Shown here piece after piece: positions 30,119 to 40,296 of a stretch of 64,000 bases of DNA. Both the position numbers and the translations under genes were made by a program. Under the pieces are notes generated by a model, which made no database searches, was not told the DNA's origin, and saw nothing but the letters and a program-made list of their open reading frames with translations. Positions within the stretch are counted from its first letter, which is position 1. The number at the start of each line of letters is the position of its first letter. The stretch comes from Fibrobacteria bacterium (GTDB lineage: Bacteria; Fibrobacterota; Fibrobacteria; UBA11236; JADFYW01): NCBI GenBank assembly GCA_050294405.1, contig JBNKOC010000028.1:160001-224000 (forward strand), written 5' to 3'.

Positions 30119-31597
30119 CTAAAGTATCGTTTTAGTCAACTTAAATAAGCGTACAGGCAGGTCCTTGATATGTCCTTTTAACTTATCAAACTCGCCATCA
30201 ATAAAATGGATAAGTTCTTTGATCTGTTCTTTAGAAAATTCTTCAATAAAATCAAAACACACTTTGATAAATAGGTCGTAATCCCGTGGGCGCAACACCT
30301 GTAGAATCCTTTTTAATCCAATATTGTCCATCATCGCTTTAAATAAAGGGCCAAACTCATTAGGCTTTAAGGTCAAGGTAAAGAGTTTTTCACAAAGGAT
30401 GAAGGGGACGTCGTTAAAGGTTTTGAGAAATCCATTCATGGAAATTGGATCCGATGCGGCTAGAAAGCGAATCATCAACTGGTCCATAAGCAGTTGGAAA
30501 TCAAATGATTTGTCAAAATCGGTAATGGATTTTAAGCTATTTTCATCGAGCCTGTTTTCCTGGATGAGCACATCGAGTTTAGTGGCGTAGGTTTTGTAAT
30601 AGCGCAAAATGAAGCTCGCCCCCCAACCGCATGCAGTGGTCCAAACTGCCGAATCCCCGATAAAAGCACAGCGGTTTTTGGCAACCATTTGATCTACGCC
30701 GCCACTGGGATACCAACCCCAGTTTTCTTTAACAAGTTCGGAGCTGCCGAAAAGGTTCTTGATGTAATCGTTATTTTCCATTAACCACTCGTATTTGTTT
30801 TTCATCATCTCTTTGGACTTGCGATCATCGGTGATATAAAAAATCATGGGAGTAGAATGAGGGGCCGTGTCTTTGACAAAGGGGTTTTGGGAAAGCATTT
30901 CGTATTCAAAAATCAACCTTCCTTCGTCAGTAGCGGCATCATCGGAAAGCTGGGGATCTGAAAATTGCGCCCAGAGCAAATAATCCCTTGGCTGCATGTC
31001 TTCGTGAATTTCGGCAATATTTTTGGGGTGGCGCACTTCAGGGCAGTAAACAGACCACCACATCACATCTTCGTTATAAGTTTGGTATTTTCGTGAAATG
31101 GGGGAGTTGTAACCCCCGGCATTGATTAAGAGTTTAGCGCGCACTGTGTGCCTCTGAGAGGCTCCATTTTCTATTTGTTCATAACTTAACTCAACAATTT
31201 CATCGTTCACTTGATGGCCCAGATAAGTGGAATTGTAACTTGTCTTGCTTTGAGTTGGGGCATGCCTGATTTTCTCATCGAAAAATTCCAGCAGTTGTTC
31301 ACCGGCAATGTACCAGTATTTCATTTCTGCCTGATGTGTGAAAATTTCCGGGCTTTCTTTATTATCATTATCTTCGAAAGTCCGCAATATGAAACGATTG
31401 ATACCTGGATAGAGAAACGGCTTTAACTCGGGCTTGTCATTGACGTAAATATCGGGGCAGAACCAACTGCGATGGAAATATCCGGCGCGTTCTTTTTTAT
31501 CAATGACCAGAACCTTATATTTTTGACTCAATTCCGAAGCAACTGATAACCCTGATGGGCCTGCTCCAACTACTATTATATCGTAATCAAAATCCAT
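30119..31597 (-). CDS. FAD-dependent oxidoreductase, GGR/FixC/lycopene cyclase superfamily
   Basis: VVGAGPSG Rossmann motif, LINAGGYNSPI, AFIGDSA. Confidence 0.75.
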   Translation of the reverse strand: MDFDYDIIVVGAGPSGLSVASELSQKYKVLVIDKKERAGYFHRSWFCPDIYVNDKPELKPFLYPGINRFILRTFEDNDNKESPEIFTHQAEMKYWYIAGEQLLEFFDEKIRHAPTQSKTSYNSTYLGHQVNDEIVELSYEQIENGASQRHTVRAKLLINAGGYNSPISRKYQTYNEDVMWWSVYCPEVRHPKNIAEIHEDMQPRDYLLWAQFSDPQLSDDAATDEGRLIFEYEMLSQNPFVKDTAPHSTPMIFYITDDRKSKEMMKNKYEWLMENNDYIKNLFGSSELVKENWGWYPSGGVDQMVAKNRCAFIGDSAVWTTACGWGASFILRYYKTYATKLDVLIQENRLDENSLKSITDFDKSFDFQLLMDQLMIRFLAASDPISMNGFLKTFNDVPFILCEKLFTLTLKPNEFGPLFKAMMDNIGLKRILQVLRPRDYDLFIKVCFDFIEEFSKEQIKELIHFIDGEFDKLKGHIKDLPVRLFKLTKTIL

Positions 31598-31661
31598 GCT
31601 CGCTCTATCAAAATAATGAGAGTCTCAGTTATACAATTATATTTTGCGGTACTTTGGGAAG

Positions 31662-32339
31662 TTACTGAGAGCTAATGTCCAGCTCCACCTCTTCCAGCGA
31701 ATCTTTAATAATGATGTTATTTTCAATTTCAAATAGCTTGAACTCGTCTTTAACAATTTCGCTGGCATGGACAATATAGGTACGGGTGTTTTCACAAAGC
31801 CGGGAAAACTCTTCCAGGCAATCCGCATCTATAAAATTGAGGTACTTAAAATCAAAAATAGCGATACCGGATTTAGATGCAGCCCTAAACATACTGTTGA
31901 AAACCTCCCCTTCATTCATCACTCCCTTACATACAAATAGGGGCTGGTTTCGGAGTATGATTTCTTCATACGAAAAGTCCAATGGAGGCACTTTTGTGCC
32001 TACAGCGCCGTCATCCATTTCCGAAATTTCATATTCTTCCAAAGTGTTGTATATGGAAAAGACATCATCCAGTTTTGCAGATTCAATAATGGAACGCACG
32101 GTTTTATTAATATTAACCACGCCAAAATAAATTTTAAGCTGGTTGCATACCTTGTATGCACTAACAAGCACACTCAACCCGGAACTGTACATCATGTCCA
32201 CATCTTCACAATTTATTAACACGGGTTTTCCACTATTAGAAACCAATTGTTTAAGGTGGTCCTCGAATAGGTGGATTTCATCTGGAGAAAACTCCGATGG
32301 AAAATCAATTAGCCGGTAATTGCTGTCCAATTCACTCAT
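31662..32339 (-). CDS. STAS-domain protein (anti-anti-sigma-like) with a second degenerate STAS domain
   Basis: VDMMYSSGLSVLV...LDDVFSIY; second repeat FDFKYLNFIDADCL. Confidence 0.8.
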   Translation of the reverse strand: MSELDSNYRLIDFPSEFSPDEIHLFEDHLKQLVSNSGKPVLINCEDVDMMYSSGLSVLVSAYKVCNQLKIYFGVVNINKTVRSIIESAKLDDVFSIYNTLEEYEISEMDDGAVGTKVPPLDFSYEEIILRNQPLFVCKGVMNEGEVFNSMFRAASKSGIAIFDFKYLNFIDADCLEEFSRLCENTRTYIVHASEIVKDEFKLFEIENNIIIKDSLEEVELDISSQ

Positions 32340-33970
32340 GATTCTTCTCCTGTTTCCTCTTCCACTATCGGCCCTCGTTTAACTCCTTCGGGAGCCCATT
32401 CCAGTTGGATGCTTCTGGCTGGGGAATCACAGTTCCAGGCAGTTCCATACATGGTAATTTTGGCGCTTGGGAAAATATTCCCGCGAATTTGGATTATCCC
32501 GGGATAGGAAGTGGGGTTTTGAAAATCATCTACTAAGGCTGCCTTTTTTTCCTCAACATATTGCCGCTTTTTCTTGAGGGCGTAATACTGGGTCATGGCG
32601 CTTTCCATTTCCTGCTTCATTTTTGGAGAGGCCACTCCTCCGGCTCGTTTGAGCATTTGGTGCATGCCTCGGATTCTTTTTTCCACAGGAACTAGTGCGT
32701 TAAATACTTTTTCACTTAACTTTTCAAATTCCCTGATTTTTTCTTTTTTCTGTTCCTGTTCTTTATCCACCATGTTAATTTCATTGTTATTATCAATGGT
32801 GCCAAAGTCGTGGACATCCACTTTGTCGTAAACCATAAACTGGTTATTCGCCAACAAACATCCATGGCCTAATTTTAGAGAGCCGCATTTGATTTTGGAA
32901 TTGCGCACGGATTTGTCAATTTTAAGGAAGCCCTCGCAAATAATATTGCATTCCTGGGCCATAGGGGCTTCAATATCCCCTTTTGCTTTTATGGTGGCCT
33001 TTTCTTTTCCAAATATCCCTTTTTTAATAATGACATTCCCGTTGCGCGATGTAATATCGCAAGCTTCAGCCGTGCCTTCAATTTGCACATCGCCTTTAAC
33101 ATCCACCGAAAATCCCCCCTGGACATTCCCATAAATAATAACATCGCCAGAGTATTTAATATTTCCCGTTTTAAAGTTTACATCGTTGGGAATGGTTAAA
33201 AGCTCACCCACGCATATATTGCCATCGCTGCGATATAGGTACCCCCCCACTTTGGCCAGTAATTGCTGCCCATCGGGACTAATTACAGTATTTTTTCCCA
33301 CAGGCAAATTCACTTCTTCGCCGGTTTTGGGCTCTATGGGCTCCCCAAAAACATCTTTGCCTTCTTTGCCCTTTAAAGGAGGAATTTTAATGGCTATAAC
33401 CTCACCCTCTTTTATCTGGCGCACAGTTTTGATGTTTTTAAAATCCACATTGCCACTGGCTAACTGAATAGGTTTGGCATCCGCATCAATAGGCACCTTT
33501 TCCTCAATTCGGCCATCTTTGCCATTTATAGCTTCTGTGGCTACGGCAACGGTATGCAAGGCGTCCCACTTTCTTTTCTTTAAAATTTCCGATATTTCCG
33601 CCCAATTTATCCCGTACACAACTCCTTTTTCCCTGAGTTTAAATTCAAGGTCCTTGGCAGTGATATTAAGGCTGGTGGTTTCAATTTTGCCATTAATTTT
33701 AATTTTGGCTTCTTCTCTTTTAATAACAAATTGAAGGTAGTCGTCTTTTTCTTTTTGGTAATAAATAAAAACCGGGCCCACAAATTCTGGTGTGCCTCTG
33801 GCCTGATTCAGAACATCTTTAATTCTTTTCCAATCATAGTTCATAACCCCTTTGGCCTGGAGGCTGGCTATTACATCTTGTTCATTAAGTTTAATTGCCT
33901 TGGGTACTGTTAAGTACATACCGTCGGTGCGGTCATCCCAGGAAATGGCGTTTTGGCTTGCAGATTCCAT
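32336..33970 (-). CDS. FapA family (DUF342) protein
   Basis: NGKDG, VDFK, GKDVFGEPI, VNFKTGNIKYSGDVIIYGNV beta-helix repeats, coiled coil. Confidence 0.88.
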   Translation of the reverse strand: MESASQNAISWDDRTDGMYLTVPKAIKLNEQDVIASLQAKGVMNYDWKRIKDVLNQARGTPEFVGPVFIYYQKEKDDYLQFVIKREEAKIKINGKIETTSLNITAKDLEFKLREKGVVYGINWAEISEILKKRKWDALHTVAVATEAINGKDGRIEEKVPIDADAKPIQLASGNVDFKNIKTVRQIKEGEVIAIKIPPLKGKEGKDVFGEPIEPKTGEEVNLPVGKNTVISPDGQQLLAKVGGYLYRSDGNICVGELLTIPNDVNFKTGNIKYSGDVIIYGNVQGGFSVDVKGDVQIEGTAEACDITSRNGNVIIKKGIFGKEKATIKAKGDIEAPMAQECNIICEGFLKIDKSVRNSKIKCGSLKLGHGCLLANNQFMVYDKVDVHDFGTIDNNNEINMVDKEQEQKKEKIREFEKLSEKVFNALVPVEKRIRGMHQMLKRAGGVASPKMKQEMESAMTQYYALKKKRQYVEEKKAALVDDFQNPTSYPGIIQIRGNIFPSAKITMYGTAWNCDSPARSIQLEWAPEGVKRGPIVEEETGEES

Positions 33971-34054
33971 AAAATTTCAAATGACTCTGAAAATGAGCTT
34001 TTCCAATTATATCCTGAACCTCCATTAGGAGTAAATGAAAAAAAACTCAAAAAG

Positions 34055-35242
34055 TCAAAAATCAGGGCTATCCTGACTTTTATGCAAGAATTGCAGACAT
34101 TTTTTACAGGCCAGGTCCGCCCCAAGAGAAGGTCCCAGTTTTCCCATAATTTCCGCGCTTTTTCCGGGCTGACTTTGAGCCTTATGCATCAAATCCAACA
34201 GGAAGATAAAATCAGAGGGCCCTATGCGAATCCCCGCCCACTCCAAAAAATATTTTTCAGACAAAATCCCATTAGCAAGGCTAAGGCAATCGGGTTTTAA
34301 AATTTTTTTACCCAGATAAAAAGTCATGGGGTCCACAAAAGCGCAAAGCAAATGAGGAATATTAAAAAGAGCCAGTTCAAGATTCATAGTTCCCGGGTAG
34401 CAAAGGGCAAGTTGAATGGGTGGCAAATCATGGAGAGGTTCGGTGGTTACACGAAGCTGCTTGTTAAAACCAGAAGGCAGGTTCAACCCGGAAATATGGT
34501 TTTGTAAGTTTTCTTTTAAATCGGTTGTGGTTAAAACGAATATATTATATTCATTTATATTCAAAGTATTTTTATGCGCATCCAGGCTTTCTATATATTT
34601 TTCCAGCAGCTTGCAATATTTTATGAGATTGCGCTTTATTACCGGCAGACGGCTTCCCGGACATAACAAATAATTTTTACTGCTTTCCGGGTTTTGAGCC
34701 TCTTTGTTTGTGCTTCCTGTAAGATAAAAATTCTGAAAATGCCCGTAGCTCACATCTGTCCCAAGCTCGGTATACGCCTTTAAGTCCATAGGGTATAAAA
34801 CTTGCACAGGACAATTTTTAAAGGCTAAAATTTTCTTATGGCGGTAGGGCCAGGTTTGGGACGGGCTGATGTAATACACGGGTATAGCATATGTTTGGCA
34901 TATTTTTAGCAGTTTTTTATTTAATCCGGGAAAGTCCACCAGTATGGCCAATGCTTTGCTTTTTTTATTTAAAGCGCATGCTTTTAGGGATTTTTTCCAT
35001 TGGTTAATTATTTTAATGTATATGGGCAGGTTCGCCCATATGTCCCAAATCCCGCTGGCGCTAACTTGTTTAAGGGAGGCCAAACTTTTAAGGCCTTGTT
35101 TTTTGCTTTCTTCCCCGCCTAAACCAAACAATGTATAGGAATCTAATTGAGGCAAAAGTTTACTTAGAACCTGGGATAAAATTTTATCGCCGGAAACTTC
35201 GCCGGCAGATACAAAAAGTTGAATATTTTCTTTGTTGCCCAT
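34055..35242 (-). CDS. lpxB: Lipid-A-disaccharide synthase (divergent)
   Basis: AGEVSGD, VDFPGLN, YYISPSQTW, LCPGSR, GT.NLELAL. Confidence 0.75.
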   Translation of the reverse strand: MGNKENIQLFVSAGEVSGDKILSQVLSKLLPQLDSYTLFGLGGEESKKQGLKSLASLKQVSASGIWDIWANLPIYIKIINQWKKSLKACALNKKSKALAILVDFPGLNKKLLKICQTYAIPVYYISPSQTWPYRHKKILAFKNCPVQVLYPMDLKAYTELGTDVSYGHFQNFYLTGSTNKEAQNPESSKNYLLCPGSRLPVIKRNLIKYCKLLEKYIESLDAHKNTLNINEYNIFVLTTTDLKENLQNHISGLNLPSGFNKQLRVTTEPLHDLPPIQLALCYPGTMNLELALFNIPHLLCAFVDPMTFYLGKKILKPDCLSLANGILSEKYFLEWAGIRIGPSDFIFLLDLMHKAQSQPGKSAEIMGKLGPSLGADLACKKCLQFLHKSQDSPDF

Positions 35243-35922
35243 TAGGGATGGCTAAAATGGACTATCCGGTTGTGGGAAAAGTCCGGCTCAAATTCAGCTT
35301 CTAAGGCAAAGGGGTTGCAATACTCATAATGTTTTTTTTGGGGAGGGCGAATCCAAATGGTAGTCCAGTTTTGCCTCTTTGCAGCGGCCAGGTTTAACAG
35401 GTTGTCGTCCGCAAACAAAAAATTCCTGCAATCAGGATGGTTTTCCAATATTGCCGCCTCCACCTTTTTATAGGAACTCACATGGGGTTTTCCTTCCCAG
35501 TCGCAAAATTGAATATCGAATACAGCTTTGAGCCAATTTTTTTCTATTTGATTAAGTCCCATAGCATTAAGTCCCATCTCCACCCAATCTTTGCGGGCGT
35601 TGGAGAATATGTAAATGGGGATATCAAAACTTAAAAGCCATTTATTCAGCTCTCTATCGGGTCCGGGTAAAAATTTAGGATCGATGCCATGTATGTAATC
35701 AAAATATTCATGGGGGTCCAAGTCGTAATTTTCCATAAGGCCTTTTAAGGTGGTACCGTAATCCCTATGGTATTCCAGGCGAACCCGATTGGCTTTAGCG
35801 CTGTCAAAGCCGTATTTTTCTTCCAGAAACATATTGATGCGCAAATCCAATTCATCCAAAGCGCAGCAGGTTTCGTTATACAGGGTTTTATCGTAATCGA
35901 GAATTAAGGCCGTGTGTGCCAT
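35242..35922 (-). CDS. HAD-family pyrimidine 5'-nucleotidase-like hydrolase
   Basis: DYDKTLY, YGTTLKGL, FSNA, GKP, FADDNLLNL. Confidence 0.85.
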   Translation of the reverse strand: MAHTALILDYDKTLYNETCCALDELDLRINMFLEEKYGFDSAKANRVRLEYHRDYGTTLKGLMENYDLDPHEYFDYIHGIDPKFLPGPDRELNKWLLSFDIPIYIFSNARKDWVEMGLNAMGLNQIEKNWLKAVFDIQFCDWEGKPHVSSYKKVEAAILENHPDCRNFLFADDNLLNLAAAKRQNWTTIWIRPPQKKHYEYCNPFALEAEFEPDFSHNRIVHFSHP

Positions 35923-35925
35923 ATG

Positions 35926-36495
35926 TCAACGTCTAGGATTTTTCAAAAAAGGATGGGGCTTTTTTATGTGATCAAAGTAAAGGCCAAAAACCCCATAAGT
36001 AAAGCCCCATAAAATTTTTTCCCTAATGTTTATGGAGGGGAACTCCATTTGGGGCCAGCTCTTCAGGGTTTTTTGCATTTTATGTTCCTCAGGGTTCAAT
36101 AAAATGCTTTGGGGCACCCAAAATGCTTGGGTGACCTCCTTTGGGTCCAGGACTAAGCCGGGCTTCACATTCATTTCAAAAACAAAAGGACATACCAGCA
36201 TGTGAAAGTGGTCGCGGCTTCCAGCAGAGGAATCCGGCAGTTGCCCCAAAAGGGAATCTTTAGGCAAAACAATACCCGTTTCTTCCCGTGTCTCCCGAAT
36301 GCAGGTGTCCAAAAGGCTTTCATCACGAGGGTCTTTTCGTCCGCCCGGAAGTGCCAAGTGCCCCGACCAGGGATCATTTGGGTGTTTTGCTCTTTCAATA
36401 ATTAAAAATTCGGGCTCTTCATTTTCCACAAAAATAAGGGCCACAGAGGCCATAGGCTCCTGTTTTTCAGAATTTTGAGGGTTGTCCTGGGCCAT
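35926..36495 (-). CDS. Nudix hydrolase, CoA pyrophosphatase family
   Basis: DPWSGHLALPGGR, RETREETG Nudix box, LWGFT. Confidence 0.9.
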   Translation of the reverse strand: MAQDNPQNSEKQEPMASVALIFVENEEPEFLIIERAKHPNDPWSGHLALPGGRKDPRDESLLDTCIRETREETGIVLPKDSLLGQLPDSSAGSRDHFHMLVCPFVFEMNVKPGLVLDPKEVTQAFWVPQSILLNPEEHKMQKTLKSWPQMEFPSINIREKILWGFTYGVFGLYFDHIKKPHPFLKNPRR

Positions 36496-36582
36496 TATCC
36501 CCTAAGTTTAACTGCTATTTGGGAAAAAACAAGAAAAAACAAAAATGGACTATACAATAAATTTTTCTATTTTTGCCGAATT

Positions 36583-37629
36583 ATGCAAAAAGAGCACCTA
36601 TTAGATTTTGGCCTGTTGGAGCTGGAAGGTGCTTTAATTGCTGCGGGTGAAAAAAAATTTCGCGCCGCCCAGCTGCTCCAGTGGATTTATCAACATTTTC
36701 AGCCGGATTTTAAGAAGATGAGCAATTTGCCCCCATCTTTAAGAGAAAGTTTGGAGCAAAAATACACTGTGAACCAGCTAGAAATGGTGCAACAGCAATT
36801 TTCCAGCGATGGAACCACCAAGTGGATGCTTAAAACCTGGGATGGCAATTTCATAGAGTGTGTATTAATCCCCGAAGAAAATCGAAACACAGTTTGCTTA
36901 TCTTCCCAGGTGGGTTGTGGCATGGGATGCGAATTTTGCTCCACGGCAAAAATGGGTTATAAAAGAAATTTAACCCGCGGCGAAATTTTAGATCAGTTTT
37001 ATTTAATCCAACTTCATCTAAATAAAAAGGAGTTGGGGAAAATCACTAACGTGGTTTTTATGGGAATGGGCGAGCCCATGCAAAACATTCAAAACGTGGG
37101 GGCAGCCTGTGATATTCTCTGCTCTGTCCAGGGTTTTGGATTGTCCCGGAAAAAAATCACCGTCTCCACTTCAGGATTGGTGCCAGGCATATTGGAATGG
37201 GCCAATAACTTTCCCCAATACAAATTGGCCATTAGCCTTAATGCCCCCAATAATGAAATTCGCCAGAAGTTAATGCCCGTAAACAAGGCCTTCCCCATAG
37301 ATAAATTGTTGGAAGCAGCCAAGGAATACGGAAAAATCACCGGAGAGCGCATCACTTTTGAATACATATTGATTTCCGGCCTTACCAGCGGGATAAAAGC
37401 AGCCAAAGAACTTCGGGCATTGGTATCCGGATTAAACTGCAAAGTAAACTTAATCCCCTTTAACGGTGGAGCGCAGTCTCAATTCGCCCCTCCCAGCGAG
37501 GCGGAAGTTAAAGAATTTGAAGAAATTATAAGTGCCGGTGGATTTCCGGTAATGATTCGTAAACCCAGGGGCCGCGATATTGCCGCCGCCTGCGGACAAT
37601 TGGTTCAACTTGAAAAAAAGGTCGCGTGA
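36583..37629 (+). CDS. rlmN: 23S rRNA/tRNA m2A methyltransferase RlmN (radical SAM)
   Basis: KKFRAAQL, CLSSQVGCGMGCEFC, FMGMGEP, DIAAACGQL; start moved to ATG 36583 to avoid overlap with the Nudix gene. Confidence 0.95.
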   Translation: MQKEHLLDFGLLELEGALIAAGEKKFRAAQLLQWIYQHFQPDFKKMSNLPPSLRESLEQKYTVNQLEMVQQQFSSDGTTKWMLKTWDGNFIECVLIPEENRNTVCLSSQVGCGMGCEFCSTAKMGYKRNLTRGEILDQFYLIQLHLNKKELGKITNVVFMGMGEPMQNIQNVGAACDILCSVQGFGLSRKKITVSTSGLVPGILEWANNFPQYKLAISLNAPNNEIRQKLMPVNKAFPIDKLLEAAKEYGKITGERITFEYILISGLTSGIKAAKELRALVSGLNCKVNLIPFNGGAQSQFAPPSEAEVKEFEEIISAGGFPVMIRKPRGRDIAAACGQLVQLEKKVA

Positions 37630-38256
37630 ATGCTAACACAAAATCTAGCCGAATATTGGGAGGAATTTTACCAAAACAAGGAAGATAAATGGGAAATTGG
37701 CGGTGTGACTCCGGCTTTAAAACATTTTTTCAACCATCCCAGCTGTCCTAAAAAAGGCAGAGTTTTGGTACCTGGGGCTGGCCGTGGTTACGATGCCTGC
37801 GCTTGGGCGGAAAAAGGCTACGAAACGGTGGCGGTGGATTTTGCCCCCTCTGCCTTTGAATCCCTCACCCATTTTTCCGAGAAAATCCCTAACTTATCCG
37901 TGCTTAAGCTGGATTTGTTTGACTTAACTCCAAAGCGCACCGAACTTTTTGATATTGTTTACGAGTACACATGTTTTTGTGCCATACATCCCGGTCGCCG
38001 CGACGAATACTTCGAGGTTTGGCATAAAATGTTAAAGCCGGACGGCATTGTGGTGGCTCTTTTTTACCCACTTATTTCCGATACAAATCTCGAAGGCCCA
38101 CCTCACCCCACTTCAGAGGGCGAATTGCTGGCCCGCCTGGATGGGGTTTTTGAACTAGTGGAACAAATTCCAGCTCAGGGCTCCATATCTGCTCGCGAGG
38201 GCAAAGAAGAGTTCTGGATATTGAAAAAGGCTCAAAATTCCACTTTGGACAGTTAA
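37630..38256 (+). CDS. Thiopurine/thiol S-methyltransferase (TPMT family)
   Basis: YWEEFY..WEIG, VLVPGAGRGYD, YEYTCFCAI, GPP. Confidence 0.85.
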   Translation: MLTQNLAEYWEEFYQNKEDKWEIGGVTPALKHFFNHPSCPKKGRVLVPGAGRGYDACAWAEKGYETVAVDFAPSAFESLTHFSEKIPNLSVLKLDLFDLTPKRTELFDIVYEYTCFCAIHPGRRDEYFEVWHKMLKPDGIVVALFYPLISDTNLEGPPHPTSEGELLARLDGVFELVEQIPAQGSISAREGKEEFWILKKAQNSTLDS

Positions 38257-38343
38257 TTTTTTGAGAGTTTTCCCGATTTTAACCCGGCTCCCGGGGTGAT
38301 CTGATTATATAATAACCCTTGGCCTTCACAAGTTAGCATTACT

Positions 38344-40275
38344 ATGTCTGTTAGAAATATTGCCATATTAGCCCATATCGACGCGGGTAAAACAACCCTC
38401 TCGGAGCGCATGTTATATATCACCCATGCCATCCGCCAAATGGGAAACGTGGACGAGGGCCTTTCCACAATGGACTATTTGGAGGAAGAGCAAAAAAGGG
38501 GTATTACCATAAAAGCGGGAGTGGCTCATTACGAGTGGAAAAAATCTTATTTCACTTTAATCGACACCCCAGGGCACCTTGATTTTGGCAGCGAAGTGGA
38601 TGCGGCCATATTGGGCGCCGAAGGGTCTTTAATAATTGTTTCCAGCACCTCGGGAATTGAGTCCCAAACCCAGGAAGCCTGGAAAAAAATATGGGACGGC
38701 GGTTTAACTCCTGTGATATACATCAATAAACTGGATTTGCCCGGCCTTCCCCTTAAAAAAATTCTGGAAGATATACAAAACGAATTTAAAGTCACTCCCT
38801 TTTTAATGACACTTCCTGTTTATAGAGATTCGGAATTAAACGGAGTTATTGATGTATTAAATAAATGTTATTTGCAATGGCCGGGAGTTAACATCAGGGA
38901 ATTCTCTCAGCATGTTATTGAAGATAGCGAAAAAGAGGCCTTTGATGAAGCCTGGGTGCAAATGATGGATGCGGCGACAGAACAGGACTCGGAGCTTACC
39001 ACTGCCTATTTAAAAAACGAAGAGCTGGCTATTCCCGATATTTTAAAAGGGTTGCAAAAAACCATGGCCACTCGCAAATACATTCCGGTTTATGTGGGCT
39101 CTGCTTTAAATGGCATGGGAGTGCGCCAGCTTTTAAACGGCCTTTATTTTTTTGTACCCAACTCCACAACCCGCCTGGACCCGGAATGTTTATTACAGGC
39201 CATGCAGATAAAACACTTTCCCGGGCTTGGAGATTTATGTATTGCTAAATTACATCAAAACGTAGAGCTTCCTAATCCATACATCGATAAATTTTACCGC
39301 TTGCAAGCCAATGAATTTGAAGAAAAAACAAAGGCCAGAGCGGGCGATGTATTGGCCATGCGTCTTAACCAGCCTTATCGGGAAAACGCCCGTGTGGGTT
39401 CCATATTGAAAAAAAATGCAAAAGAATGGTCCACTCCCAAAGGAGGTTACAGTTCCTATTTGCCGTTAATCCAGGCTAGCCTGGAGCCCATGCGTGAAGA
39501 AGATTATTCCAAACTGGATACGGTTTTAAAACGGCTCATTCGCCAGGACCCCTCTTTAAAACTCGGAACGGATCCTAAAACCGGAGCTTGGGTGGTATCT
39601 GCCATGGGAGAAGTCCATCTTGATGTTTTGGCGAATCGCCTGCAAAAATTAAGCGATATTGAAGTAAAAATGGGCCAGCCACGGGTAACTCTTTACGAGC
39701 GTTTGACCAAAACCTTCCGGGGTTTACAAAACAGGTTTGTAGGAGAAAATGTGGATATTTTAATAGAAATGGACATTTTTCCCAAAAAATCCTGGGAAAT
39801 TTTGGGAATCAATTCCGACAATGTTGAGTTAAGTGAGGAGGCTCGGCAGGTTGTGGAATCAGTACTTACTCAGTTCAGTGAAAAAGGCATTTCTGGAAAG
39901 GGGCCTCTAAAGGGTTTAGTGCTAAATCTTAAAAAAATTGAGTTTTCTGGAGACTCCCACCGTTTTATTCCTTCTCTGCACAAATGCCTTTGGGATTGTT
40001 TAAATTTAAACCTAACTCCTGAAAATATTGCGATTTACGAGCCTATTGTAAAAGTGTATTTGACGGTTCCCAATCAGGATTGCGGCAAGGTCCTGCAAGA
40101 TTTGGACAGCCGCGGGGGCGAAATTAAGGGGCTGGAATCCGTGTTGGAAATTTCAAAAATAATCTGTGAGATTCCCTTGCAAAAAATATTTAACTATTCT
40201 ACCTTGCTCCGCTCTCTGTCAAAAGGGCAGGGAAGTTACTATTTGAAGTATTTAAAACACGGTTTAGTACAATAA
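38344..40275 (+). CDS. Divergent EF-G/TetM-like translational GTPase
   Basis: AHIDAGKTT, RGITI, DTPGH, NKLD, GSAL, DPSL..MGEVHL, domain V YEPI...LRSLSKGQG; domains II and IV degenerate. Confidence 0.85.
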   Translation: MSVRNIAILAHIDAGKTTLSERMLYITHAIRQMGNVDEGLSTMDYLEEEQKRGITIKAGVAHYEWKKSYFTLIDTPGHLDFGSEVDAAILGAEGSLIIVSSTSGIESQTQEAWKKIWDGGLTPVIYINKLDLPGLPLKKILEDIQNEFKVTPFLMTLPVYRDSELNGVIDVLNKCYLQWPGVNIREFSQHVIEDSEKEAFDEAWVQMMDAATEQDSELTTAYLKNEELAIPDILKGLQKTMATRKYIPVYVGSALNGMGVRQLLNGLYFFVPNSTTRLDPECLLQAMQIKHFPGLGDLCIAKLHQNVELPNPYIDKFYRLQANEFEEKTKARAGDVLAMRLNQPYRENARVGSILKKNAKEWSTPKGGYSSYLPLIQASLEPMREEDYSKLDTVLKRLIRQDPSLKLGTDPKTGAWVVSAMGEVHLDVLANRLQKLSDIEVKMGQPRVTLYERLTKTFRGLQNRFVGENVDILIEMDIFPKKSWEILGINSDNVELSEEARQVVESVLTQFSEKGISGKGPLKGLVLNLKKIEFSGDSHRFIPSLHKCLWDCLNLNLTPENIAIYEPIVKVYLTVPNQDCGKVLQDLDSRGGEIKGLESVLEISKIICEIPLQKIFNYSTLLRSLSKGQGSYYLKYLKHGLVQ

Positions 40276-40296
40276 AAAAAATCGTGTTTCAATTAT

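Noticed and set aside
33953..34300. 115-aa plus-strand ORF
   Set aside because: Antisense to lpxB and FapA with no motif support.
36475..36582. N-terminal extension of RlmN in the track
   Set aside because: Overlaps the divergent Nudix start and has no similarity to RlmN; ATG 36583 is more plausible.
38344..40275. Tetracycline resistance gene (TetM/TetO)
   Set aside because: Length is similar, but the domain IV signature loop is absent, the context is core ribosomal and there are no mobile-element features.
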